Below, piece after piece: positions 11,976 through 24,309 of a stretch of 64,000 bases of DNA (its first letter is position 1; each line of letters opens with the position of its first letter). This DNA is from Takakia lepidozioides (taxonomy: Eukaryota; Plantae; Bryophyta). The DNA is taken from contig CM060731.1 of the NCBI GenBank assembly GCA_030704615.1, positions 84,568,001 to 84,632,000 on the forward strand, read 5' to 3'. Under the pieces are notes generated by a model. The model saw only the letters and a list, made by a program, of their open reading frames with translations. It was not told the DNA's origin and did no database searches. The position numbers and the translations under genes are program-made.

Positions 11976-14900
11976 ATGGCGGAAAACCCGAGCGCTACAG
12001 TGTACTGCCCTCCTCACGAGCATAGAGCTTCACATCCGTGCAGAGGGGACATTTGCCGGGTGATGGAGAAATATCTGTGCGTTCGATACCACCTGAAACC
12101 GGGGTCGGTTTTTTTGGAGGAGGAAAGGAAGGACTCAAACGGCGTTGTTGTCGAGAGTATTGTTGTGCTCCACGATGATTTTGGCGATGGCAGGGAATGG
12201 CGAGTTCCACCATCGGACAGCGTCATATACAGGGCTGTTGGGGACTTCATTTGCCCGCCAAATGCACCTTCTATCCTGGCGCCTTCCACGAAACAATCCG
12301 CGAATCAGAGAGTGGCTACCTCAAAGAGAGAAGTCCGCAACGAAGTAAATCCAGAGCCGAACCCATCCATGAAGACGAGCGAGAACCGGGTTGTTCACAA
12401 CCTGTCCGACTCAGACGAGGTCATGGAAGTTCCGAGGTCGTCTTGGAGATTAGGCAAGTCCTCAATGGACGTAAGTGGACGAGGGAGTCATATTCCCAGC
12501 ACGAGCACCGCAGTTCGATCTATTCTTGAAATTCTGCGAGGGCTTCACATGGAGGGACACCGGTCGGAGCTGGCCGGGCTGGACTACAGCAAGTTCGCAA
12601 TTAAATTGGTTACATGCCTTCCCGTAGACGTCGACGGTAATATCTTCTTTGAGTTCCCTCCTCGGACGGACTACTCGAGGGCGTCCGGAATGTTGACAGA
12701 TATGGATAGAAAACATGATGGTCATCATTGGTGCGTCACCAAAACCACCAGCATGAAGATGCTCGATGGTGTGCGGGTGCGCTACGTTGTTTATGCGGGC
12801 GCGTTGCGGTGTTTCTCCCCAACTTGCTTTCATTTTAAATCCAGAGGTCACAGGAACGAGACCGATTGGACAGGCACAGCTCATCAACCATTTCGTAGGA
12901 GAAGGTTCCGAACTCCACATTTAGGTGTGCGCATTGCAAAGAACCACCACACTGCATGTCTGTTTGTAATACCAAGCAGTTCTATGTGTTGCACCGTTTC
13001 CCTGACCTCACCCGAGCTTGCATACACGTTGGTTCCCATTGTCACAAATTGGCGAGGGGGAACTCGCGGGAGGCTGCCCACGAGGTAGAGCAGCTCATTC
13101 AGGAAGAGGTTAAGTTGAGACCGGGTGCTAAACCCAAACAGATACAGCTCCAAGCCGCCCATAAGATGGCCTTGGCCAGAATTATGTCGGAAGACGGCTC
13201 CGATAGAGTTCCTCTCGATGAGAAGGAAATGGAGGCATTGCTGGAGTCGGTGTCCCACGTATGTTCACCGAATGTCCGAAACCACATTGTCTCATGCAAA
13301 CAGAAAATTGGGCGTGGCTCGGATATGCACTCCATTCTGGAGGTGAAGCGACGATGTGGATATGACTACATTCATGGAAGTAGGTTTCCAGGACAAGGGA
13401 CTGAGGCAGATCGTTGTTTCGTATTAAAAATGTCCACGTGTAGACCTGGCAGCAGCGTCGAACTGGTCGACAGGATGACGAGTGGGGACTTGTCAAACAG
13501 TTGGGTCATGTTCGACCATATCAAGCGAATTACAAATCACCAGTGGGTGACAATGGGTGCACATGTCTACGACACCCACTGCAGGATGCTAATGACAATT
13601 GCTATTTGTGAGATGAAAGGAGAGGACACACAATCGGAGATGCTTCTTTGGCAGGGAATAAACGAACAGATGGCCAAGGCGGGATTGCCCCCTCCCAATT
13701 TCCGTGGTTTCATGGCGGACAACGCACAAGCAAATTGGGCTGCCATCCGAAGGGTGTACGGGCAAGACCCCAATGTTCCCATGGAAGGCAAGGAGAGATC
13801 TTGTGGGTTCCATTTTCTGCAGAACCTTTCGCAGTACACAACCAGGCTCGTGGCGCCAGATTTCAGAGAGGAGCACCGTTCCATGTGTCTTGCGTGGAAG
13901 CGCGCTCCCACCTTGGATGATGCAGAGACACAGTTTGCATGTATACCGGCTTGGTGAACATCATCAGGTGCTGTAAGGAAATCAGACGAGGGAGCAATGG
14001 TCAGTTGGCTAGCATGGTGGCATTATCGTTTCCTCCAGTTCGGCGACTATATGCGGGAGGTGAGTTGCATGAATTCACGTCCCGTTGAATATTATTCTTG
14101 GCATTATTTGTAACTTGCTTGTAATCTCAACATGTGCTTGTGCAGGAAATGTGTCTCGACTCCGACACCGACATGCCCACGACAAACATGGCCGAATCAG
14201 TGCATTCCTCCTGGCGTGCCTCCTCTGCGGCGCATCTGGTGGACATCCTCACTGCCATAACGGAGGACATTGTGAGGTCAATTATGCAGCAATGCAGGTA
14301 CAACGAGTTCTTGAAAGGGAAACAGTGGGGCTTGGGGCCGGACAGGCAGGAAATGCTGATGCGGACTGCCTCCAGATCGAAGAATCCTTGGAAGTGGGCG
14401 GCGGCCTTGCGAGAGGGCCTTCGGGACATGCCATTGCTTCGAAGAGGCCAACATTTGGAAGGAGATGTTCATACTCGTCCAGTGAGACGAAGACTTGACG
14501 AGGCACCTGGCGGGGAAGAAGATTCATGGCGAGCTGACAAGAATATTCGCACGCTCCCTCGTGGTCCCGTGATGTTGCCCAAGGAGGTCTCGTCGAGCAC
14601 CGCAAGTCCTGCACGTTCAAGATCGTCATCTCCTTTGAGCACAAGGCACGTGCCCGAGGAACATAACGAGCCATCTGTGGTAACGCAGTACAACATACCC
14701 ATTGTGGAGACAAGACTGTCGGAGTCACAGTGGAGAATTGCAAGGACATTGCCGGCATTTCGAGGGAAATGTTGCGCCATTCGGGTGGATACGAGAGCAC
14801 GCTGTGGTGAGATGATTCGGAGGAACCCACACGGTGCTGTACCTGCACCTTGTTTCAGCGGCAGATTTTTTACTCCCACATTTGCTCACGCCACAACGCA

Positions 14901-15564
14901 GACGTTTTGGTTCTGTAGGCACGACATAATGACCTATGTATTTGGCAAGCCCAAGTACGGGATTCAGGGAATGCCGGAGCCTCCGGGCGTCTGGCCTGTT
15001 GCACCGGGCTGCAGCCTCTCTCAGAATGAGGCGGATGCTCTATCTGCAGTAGGATTTTGAATGGTGCAACGCACAGACATCCCGGCCCACGCATTTCTAG
15101 TTCCTCAGACCCAGCCATTGCAGACTGCTCGGTCCAGTAGAGACGGATTGGACAATTCTGCACATCCCACAATGCGATTCGGAAGAGTGAAGAGACGACA
15201 CCCTCCCAACAAGTTGAATGAGACTCGGATTGCCAATGCTCTTGGGATGGCTTGCACTATTCAGAGCTCCGTGGACGTACCTCCACCCGGCCTTGGGCGT
15301 GTTTATCGGATGGCAACGGCCGGCTCGACTGTACGCGACGATGTATACACAATTACGATTGGAGTGGAGCCGACTTGCAATTGTACGGACTTCTCGTTGA
15401 TGGAAACAAAGAAGGGTTCAAAGTATTATCCGTGCAAGCATCTGTATTACATTTACCTGAAGAGGTTGAGGATGAACGTGACTATTGATGACTTTATTCA
15501 TGCACCGGCGTTGAGCGTGAACGAGTTGCACAAACTCCTCCTTAGGGATTCCAGAAATCATTGA
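11976..15564 (+). pseudogene. MULE-type transposase with GCM/WRKY-like N-terminal zinc domain, DDE core and C-terminal SWIM finger
   Basis: MDRKHDGHHW...C...C...HVGSHCH (GCM-like), WVMFDH (D), FMADNAQAN (D), CGFH, intron 14060-14145, TTNMAESVH (E), CNCTDF...PCKH. Frameshift near 12900; stops at 13955-13957 and 15058-15060. Confidence 0.88.
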
Positions 15565-15718
15565 TGGGCAAAGGGAATCCTCCATATGGATATTTTCAAT
15601 TGCATTTTCATGTATCAGACTTTTTTTTCCAGTGTAATGAAATGCACCCCAAAACTCCTGGAATGAGGCAATATTCCATTCAAACTGAGATCCAACAGAA
15701 GCAGTAGTCGGGTCATTT

Positions 15719-16110
15719 CTGGAAAAATGGCGCCGAATTTCTCTATTTTGGGCCGAAAACTGGCTAAGTCCCAACATGCACTGGTACCCCTGTGTCTGGA
15801 AAAATGACGCCGAATTTCCCTATTTTGGGCGAAAACTGGCTAAGTCCGAACATGCACGGGAACGATGTCTGGAAAAATGGCGCCGAATTTCCAGTTACAT
15901 GGCCCAGAACTACCCAACATCTGTGCAATCCCCGGCACCATGTACCGAAATTCGGCGCCACTTTTCCAAATTTTGGGCTTACACACCTGTCATGGGGGGA
16001 CCTATAGCCGCGGAATTCGGCACCATTTTTCGCCAGAGAGACCTATTACCGCGAAATACGTCGCGGTTTTTTCCGGTTACGGACCCTATTACCGCGAAAT
16101 TTGGCCCCAT
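15719..16110. repeat. Short subterminal array with the same GGAAATTCGGCGCC motif
   Basis: CTGGAAAAATG(G/A)CGCCGAATTTC at about 15719, 15797 and 15869, plus reverse-orientation copies. Shares GGCTAAGTCC with the 146-bp array. Confidence 0.8.
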
Positions 16111-16344
16111 TTTTGCACATGTCGCTAGGAATTGGCATGAGCGGAAGACGAAATATCATGAGCACAACTCTCAAAACTACAATTTGCCGAATAATATATT
16201 TGTTTTTTCTGACACATTCCATTAAATTAATGTTTTATAATGTTTTTTATTTTCGAAATTTGTACTTTTGCTCATGAAAACCGATTGTCTTGCTACTCCG
16301 CTCATGCCGCTCATGCTCATGAAATAGCTAACCTCCATTCGGAG

Positions 16345-19300
16345 CCTCTTCATCCTCATCAAGCTGCAAGTCTTCTTGGTCATCGGAGTCATCGTCATAA
16401 ATGGCCCGGCCCTCAAAAGGCACCTCCGAATCATCCTCCGCCTCGTTGTCAATGGCCGTGTCTTCGTCTCCTTCTCCAACATCCGTATCTTCTAGAGCTT
16501 CATCATATAGGGTCCACGATGCATTGTCCGGTGCGTCATCATCCTCTTCTACCCCCTCTACCCAACCTCCATCATCAGCATCATTATGACCAGTCTCTCC
16601 GTCCACCGTAATTGCCTCACCCCATGGAGATCCGAGACCATGATAGATACGTCTTCCTCTTGGCTGAGCATGCACAACCACCTTCGAATTCCCCCCTCTT
16701 GTTTTGTCATCGGAGAAGAAAACTTGCTCTATGTCTGAAGGCCGTGAAAAAGGCTCATCGGAGGGACGATGAGTAGGGTTGAGCCTATCTGCATTGACGC
16801 GCATGAAACCACAATCATCTTGCACTAGTGTTGCGGATGGCCCCACAAGATGTGGCTGGAACCACCTTCCCTTGAAGAGAAAGAGGCCGGTACCTTGTAT
16901 ATTGAAGTTGGAGTATGCTCTCAAGCTCTCCAATGTACTCAAGTTTGCTCATAGCAGGTCGTGTATCTCCCTTGCCCCACACGGAGTCTTGCCAATATGT
17001 GGCACACAAGCCAGAACCAAAGGTTGTTTTGCGCTTCATGTCAAGAGCACGAATGCGGAAATGACGACCGTGAACCCAAACCGCCATGTATGAGGTCGCG
17101 AATTTAGAGAGGCCCCTTGCAATGTCTTGCACCAAATCTGAAACCACCTCTCATTGAGCAACGGCGTCATAAACTGAAGTCTGAAGCCACTGTTGGAATG
17201 AACTTAAAGGCTGCAATTCCATGGGCAAATTTTGTGAAGGAACATTCCGGCGGCCCGCTCCACGTCGTGGGCGTCTAGTAACCGGCCTTGGATGGTTCGG
17301 CCTCCATGCAAGCGTCTCCTCCTCTTGTTGCTGAACAAGATTATTGTATCTTGCCTCCCACTCATGTATGGATGGGGTGTTCTTCAGTATGAAGTCATGC
17401 GCTTGCTCAATCACCAAGGTCGGCAATTTTACCCTCTTCGATTTTTTGGGCAAAACGATGTCCTTGGTTCGTGCATCCTCCTCTTCCTTCCACATCCAAG
17501 GGGCTTCCTCATCCACCCTTGCCATGTACTCCGTGCAATAGAACATAGCTTCTTGCAATGTATACCCCTCCGCCATGCTACCCTCCAGGTGCGCCATTTG
17601 TCTTACAAATCTTTTCAAAGTCTTCATATAACGCTCAAGGAAGTACATCCACCGAGAATGAGCGGGGCCGGCAATCAAAGCCTCTTCCACTAAGTGCACT
17701 ACCAAGTGCACTTGGATGTCAAAGAAAGAGGGAGGAAGGTGCATCTCCAACATACACATTACCTCCGCCGCCTCCTTCTTCATGCGTGGAAAATCTGCTT
17801 CTTCCAACTCTTTTGAGCAAATCCACCGGAACAAGCCTCCCAATCTATAGATTGTCTCACGAACCTCGGGAGTCAATGTCCCACGTACTGCAATGGGCAA
17901 GATGTCTTGCACTAGGCAAGATGTCTTGCAATAGATTGTGGTAGTCATGAGACTTCAAACCATGGACCTCGTCTTCTTCGCTGAACTTCGTACGGAGGGA
18001 TGACCCATAACCAGTTGGTGTTCGGACAACACTTATGGTGGCTATCACTTTCTTGTATTCCTCCTTTGTCCATTGCCAAGGTGCGCGCCTATACTTCCAC
18101 CGTTCAACACCCTTTGGGTCCACACCATTTTGTTCGGCCCATAGATGGTGCATGCGACACTCCTCCTCAAGCTCCTTTTTAACACCGAGAGAATCTCCTT
18201 TTGCAGCCACTCCTTTCTTTGCCGGCGTGCCATGAAGAACCCGAAAAAAGGGATGAGCAGACATTCTTCTCAATATGCATGGGATCTAGAAGATGGCGAA
18301 TCTTCAGGTCCTACATATATCCCCACCCACAAAGACTTACAAATTTTTTTACATGAAAGTGACAATGCAACGCATACCAAATATGCAATATCACATGCAT
18401 GCATAGGGATATTGACGGTGTTTTTGTGGAATATGTACCGCCCAATATGGCAACTCGTAGAAGATTGAAAGTCGTTTCATGCCGGACACGTCCACTTCAC
18501 CGTTCGTGCTCGCATGGGCCTCCTTCCATCGGTCCTCCCAAAACTGTCCGGACGGTGTCATAGGGGGGGGACGTACTTCCTTTTTGCCATCAAACAAGTG
18601 TTTCTCTCTTCTTCTCCATCGATGGCTCATAGGAAGAATTTTGCGGTAGTTGGGATACACCATCTTGTGAAGATGGCGAGAGCTATGTGCATCAAGATCA
18701 TCGCCACAATGCAAGCATGCATGGTACCCTTTGGTGCTTAGCCCCGAGCAAACAATTAGTCATATACTACAATCCCGCCACATTAGCAAAAACAAAAAGT
18801 TGTCATGTGCATGGCCCATAATGCCATCTACCCCACTACAGTGCACAAGACTGTCGCCGCTACTTCAATCAATCCCAATTTTCATCGATATTATCCGGCA
18901 TTGACAAGTGAATGTACGCGGGTTGTTCATGGGGAATATAATATACCTGGATAATCATGCATTGTCCAAAACAAGATGCCTCTCATCTGAAAAGATTGTC
19001 CGGCCATAGGGTCAAGTGAAGCATCCAATGCCAGGACCCCCCTCCATAGCTCTTTAAGTTCATCAACAAGAGGTCGCAAGTACGTGTCCATGTTTGCCAC
19101 TTGTTTTTTCCCTATGAGACATTCACATCATTGTTTCAATGCTCCACCAATATGCAGATTATACTACAAAATGAATTACACGTCTTACTCCATGATTATG
19201 TCATTCATCAATCTTGCATCCGAATTGCGTCAAAGATCAGAAGTTTAATGTAAAGTCGAAGGCAATAATAAACATGAAATGAGTACACTCACCTGGCACA

Positions 19301-20606
19301 ATGGCAGCCAACATGATATGGCCTTTTTTAATTGAAAGATACGGAGGGATGTTGTAATTCACCATGGTCACCGGCCAAGTGGAATGACTACATGACTGGA
19401 CAGAAAATGGGTTGACCCCATCCGAGGAGAAGCCGAGGTGGACATGTCGTGGGTCCTCCAAGAGAAAATGCCACATCTCTTCAATATGCCTCCATGCTTG
19501 TGAATCTTGTGGCCCGCACACCTTTCCCGGGGGCTCCGATGCGAGGCGTGCCATCTCATGAGTCTGGCCAATTCGGGGCTTCGGTACTGTGCCCTCAATC
19601 GCGGGATGATCGAAAAGGAAGTAATGTATTTTCTAGGATGAAATACCCCACGCCCCCCACATGTAATCATCCCATTAGCACACATAATACACACCCTTAT
19701 GTCTTTCCCTTTATGCAGCCTCTCCCTCATTTGGGTGTGAATGGTCAAAACCAAACGTCGCTCCTTCCACTCCTCACTCACTCCTTCCAAAACCACAATC
19801 AGATCTTGCATGAGTTTTACTCTCTAAACCCTAAACTTTGTGAATACACTTTACATACATTGAGAAGATTAAGAAAATAATCTCCATGCGAGGGGGAATG
19901 GCGCTTATACCTTGCGTGGTACTTTTTCCCTTGGACATCATCCCGATATCGGTCTTTCTTGCACTTTGGGCACTTGGTGAGATGTGAATCATCTCTCTCC
20001 GTAGTATAGGGTTTTTATCACATGGACATGCATGAAAAATCTTATAGCCCATCCCCACAGAGTCCAAGACTTCGCGCGCCTCTTTCCGCGACCGTGGCAT
20101 CTTGGGTTTCAAGTGTGGAGCAAGGATATAGTCTGCAATAGTTCGCATTATGGCAGACATCCCAACATTACTTATGCCAAATCGAATTTGAAGATTGAGC
20201 AAAAGTAAGATTGTTGAAAGTCGACTCACTTTCGCCCCTTCGTACAAGGGAGTTCTCGCCTCCCTCTCCATGTCATTTGAGGGGGCCATTTCAGGATCAT
20301 CGATTGGCCGGTTCCCTCTTCATGGGATGCATCAGCGCCCACATGATGCATTAAGAGATCCTCCATGGCTTGCACATCCTCCTGGTTAATTCCATGCTCA
20401 TTGTTGTTGTCACTGTCACTATCACTGTCATCGTCATCATCGTCCGTTACCGTGGGGGGTGGGGGGGGCGTCTCGCCCACGGCTCCCGCCTGATGTACTT
20501 GGGTTGTTTTCGGATGGGGTGCCAAGAAAAAGACCGGGAAGGGATGGACAAAGTCCTGATACGAACAAATGAACATAGGGACATATATTATAATGTGTCC
20601 TTGCAA
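16345..20606 (-). pseudogene. CACTA TnpD-like transposase (Transposase_21 + DUF4218 + DUF4216-like), multi-exon, frameshifted; extreme 3' end displaced to the left of 2744
   Basis: HLGFSSDGVNPF...STWPV...NYNIPP; LKSHDYH; LEMHLPPSFFDIQVHLVVHL...RWMYFLERYMK...EGSMAEGY; acidic tail. Confidence 0.92.
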
Positions 20607-21639
20607 CCATACACTTCATTATAAGCGAAATGCAAACAACAACCTTCAATGTGTGTGTGCATCAAATATGTCATTCAATAATTACATGTATGTGCGCAAC
20701 GTACACGCATGCAAAGTTTCAAACCCAAACAAATCATTTGCCCCCCCAATGACGCATTCACCCTATCAACCAATTTTTGTTTATTAATGTGAAAGAAAAT
20801 CTCTCATGCCATTGCACCCAACAAACGGATGTGGCTCAAGCTTCATTTTTCTCTACATGTGCTTAAATATGTGTGCAACACTGTACAAAGATCCAGCAGG
20901 AAAAAAATAAATAAATAAAAAAATGCCTCCCCAACGACGCACTCACCCTTGCACCAATTTTGAATTAAATCGAATTTAAATGAATTAAAATAAATATTTG
21001 CATTTAGAAATATATGATTGCGTTTTGAGGGGCGTAATGATTTTATTTTTAGCTCTATTTTGTTCTGTGACATCGGGCTTTGCACCACACATCCATAGCA
21101 AAAAATGGGACAAAAAAAATGGGAAAAAATAAGTGTGTTTCTAGGGTCACTTTTGCAAAACTCTCTATGAAGAGTGCATGAAATTGAAGATAACTCAACT
21201 TTGGAGTGCAAATGAGAGAACAAAATCTGGTTATGGGTCCAAATGACTTTTGTTTACTCCCAAATTTTCACGCACATTGCATATGCTATCATTAAGCATA
21301 TGGCTTGAAAATGGAATAAAAAAAAAAATCATCTGCAGGCGAAACACAATTTTCCGTCTCTATGACACGTAGCTGCGTTCAACACTAGAATGACCTATTG
21401 AATCAACTTGGTTCAAGCTCATATTTGGTCCACATGTGCATAAGTATGTTTAGATCACATATGCAAAGTTGCAACCCACACGAGCAACAAGAAAAAATTT
21501 TACATCAATCGATTAATCGGATGTATACAAAGTACATCATGAGAATATCTACAATGCCCCTCTACACGATCCCTGTCTCAAAGGAACCCTATTTCTATCA
21601 TACACATCCCACTCACGCTGTAATCGGAGGTCCCAATCA

Positions 21640-23500
21640 TCCCGGAGAACTCGTATGATGCAAATAGTTCGCTTGCCAGCCCTAATAGTCCTACTAGCAC
21701 ATGTCATCACAAACATGTGCATCCCCTCACAGTATACTGACGTATGACCACAAAAGCTCTCATGCCCATCGCTTCGCTCGTCCCATACTACATTGGTTCT
21801 CCTAGGATGACCAAAAGAACTATTGACCAGCCCAGCAACATTGCCGAAGATGTCGGGGTCACCATCACAAAATCTGATCTCAATGGGAGACAACCCCGTC
21901 TACGTACATCCTGTCCGTTGACACACAAAATGTAGGGTAGGATGTATGGGGCTTCGAGGCGTAATGTACGGAACTCCGCGGAGGTGTAGTATGGACCGTA
22001 GTAGGGAAACAAGTCCACCATGTTGTTTCTCCGAGGAGGAACCACAATATCATTGACCGTGAATAAACCCCGACCCATAGCAGGGTCTGTAGCGGCTCTC
22101 ACAACATACCGTCTCCCCCAATACTCGAACTCCACATTTTTCTCGGATGGGGGTGGGAGGGTCGAGATGATTCCCCCAACAACGAGGCTGGACGGTCCTC
22201 AGTAACATAGTCCTATGCGCTTCCATCGGGGGCGAGGATCCGGCTCAGGCCGCCCAAGCCGAAGGGGAGGAAACCTAGGGCGAAGCCGACCCCTCCTAGG
22301 GGTTCGGGGGGCACATGCACGTGGAGGTGGAGGTGGAGGTGGTGGTGGTGGGGAGGTGGAGGTGGTACTGCTGGTGGAGGAGATGAAAGTGGAGGTGGTT
22401 GAGGATGTATGTCGGAGGTGCAGCCGGGGTACAACGTCGGATCAGGCAAAGAAACAGACGGGGGGGGGGAGGCCACAATCAGGGGACCGCCTGAGGAAAC
22501 TGGAGGGGGGGGGGGGGGAGGGGGGGGGGGGGGGTGGCCTGCTCGTCGCCGGCCATAACGCCTACGACACCTACGATACCCTCTCGACCCTACGCATCTC
22601 ATCTACGTGCTGCTGGGGGAACCAACTGGTCACATCGGGCACATGCTCTGGCACAAATTCTGCAAGTAGACCGGCGCGAAATGCCTCCTGTGCAATGTGA
22701 TTGCGAGCTTGGGCATCAAGTCGTGGCTGCAATGTGCGTAGTGAACGACGCATCATACTTATGTCGTAATTTTGATTCATGTATGCTTACCAATCATACT
22801 ATATTATTAGATAACCTAAATGTACCTTAAATGAATGTTAATGAGAGGGTGGGAAAAACACTCACCTTTGCCGCATCCACAATCTTGTTCTTCTTGTAAT
22901 GTTTTTCGACAACATGCGGTCGCCGCCTCGGTGGTCTGGTGCGCCCGGCGGTATCCGTTCCCAACACTTAGTGCACCAACACTCATTCCTGTCGGGGGGT
23001 CAAAGGTGGACGTGGTTGGACGGGGTGGCCCGCGAGGGGGCACCCGCGGCGCGCCCGACTCGATCCCGGAGTGTCAACATCCCTCCGCATCACCTGAAAT
23101 TTGGCCCCAGTCCCTTCTACGATTGTGCCCGGCAGCCTGTATTGGATCAGGTGCAATGGGTGCCTCCTCGCCACGAAAAATGGTCGCTCTAGGGCCACAA
23201 TCGATATGTGGTACTACCTCCCCATCCTCGAGGGAGACGGGTCGATGTTTCCTCACCATCCCATCCTAATTAACACACACCACCAACACTTCATTTCTCA
23301 AAAACCGTTGGCAAAAACCCTATGCCTCAGCCTCGGGCTTTCAAAATTGGTACCAAAGGCGGAGCATCCCTATGGTGCTAGAGCCAAGACAATAAATCCT
23401 TCCTCTCGTTCTATCCCGGATGCTCACATTATGGAAAAATTTGTTGAGACCCAGCGCTTTGCGATTATCAGATTGAACCACATTTTGGGTATGTGAATCC
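21640..23500 (-). pseudogene. SET-domain gene with proline-rich linker, carried by CACTA copy 1
   Basis: MGRGLFTVNDIV...FPYYG; DGDPDIFGNVAGLVNSS..P...N; ASRTIRAG-ELFASY (after a frameshift). These are SET motifs I-IV in order over about 21645-22110. The 5' limit is approximate. Confidence 0.75.
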
Positions 23501-23549
23501 TAATTACACACACCGTTTATCCTTTTAACCCCCAAGACCCACAACCAAA

Positions 23550-23920
23550 ACCGCCAATCCAAAACCCAGCACCATAAAGAAAAGCAAACACCCTAACCCA
23601 GTACCATATGAAAAATAAATAAATAAAATAAAAACTAAGAAACCCAAAAGGCCCTAAACCCTAAATCCAGAAGGCCGGCCGTCGCCTCCTGCGACACCCT
23701 GGCGTCGCATGGACGACGAGTTTTTTTTTATTTTTTAACGGGGGTCGCACCCGCGACGGACAGCCGTCGCGGGGGGCGACGTGTTTTTTTTATTTATGGG
23801 GCCGGGGGTCGCAAAACGACGGCCGCCGTCGCAATCTTCATTTTTTACATTTCAAAAAAGGGCGGGCGCAGGCGTGCGACGGCCGGGCGTCGGACGGGGT
23901 GCCCGCGCCTTTTTTTTTTC
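23550..23920. repeat. Inner part of the CACTA 5' subterminal region
   Basis: GTCGCA/TGCGAC motifs; inverted homology to about 2230-2490. Confidence 0.8.
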
Positions 23921-24309
23921 CCTAAGTGCTTGAAGCATCTCTTTCCCTCCCGTTTTTGTTTGTTCTTTGGGAGAGAGGTAGTTCAGAGTGGGGTTTAGGG
24001 TGGACGAGAACGCACCTGCTCCTGCTGCTGAGCCCGAGGTGGTCGCAAGGCCCCAAGGAGTTTGCCCCAATGCCGCTCCACCCCAAGGTAAGCAACCGCC
24101 TCCTCCCTCACTTTCTGTCTTTCTTTCTTGCCCTAAGCACGGGCTGATGTCTCTCTCCCCTGTGTGGTAGGAACGCCGCGCAGAGGCGCGACCTAAACGA
24201 GCTGTGGTGAGCGGGGGGAGAGACGCCGCGCGGCGGGGACTGCGCCGCTGGCAGCCGTGACAACACCGCACAGCTCGCTTCAAGCACCAGCAGCAGCAGA
24301 GGTACGTCA

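Larger units (their letters stand above)
2745..16335 (+). mobile_element. Inner Mutator-like element (13.6 kb) with transposase and ParB-methyltransferase cargo gene
   Basis: Imperfect TIRs GGGGGCTGTTATTTCATGAGC / (rc) GAGGTTAGCTATTTCATGAGC. 9-bp TSD CATCCGGAG (2736-2744) / CATTCGGAG (16336-16344). The empty site is visible in CACTA copy 2 at about 38977-39008. Confidence 0.92.

Noticed and set aside
19826-19835. Telomere-like AAACCCTAAA motifs (also about 23657, 35510 and 40963)
   Set aside because: Single telo-box-sized matches, which are common in plant DNA; not an array.
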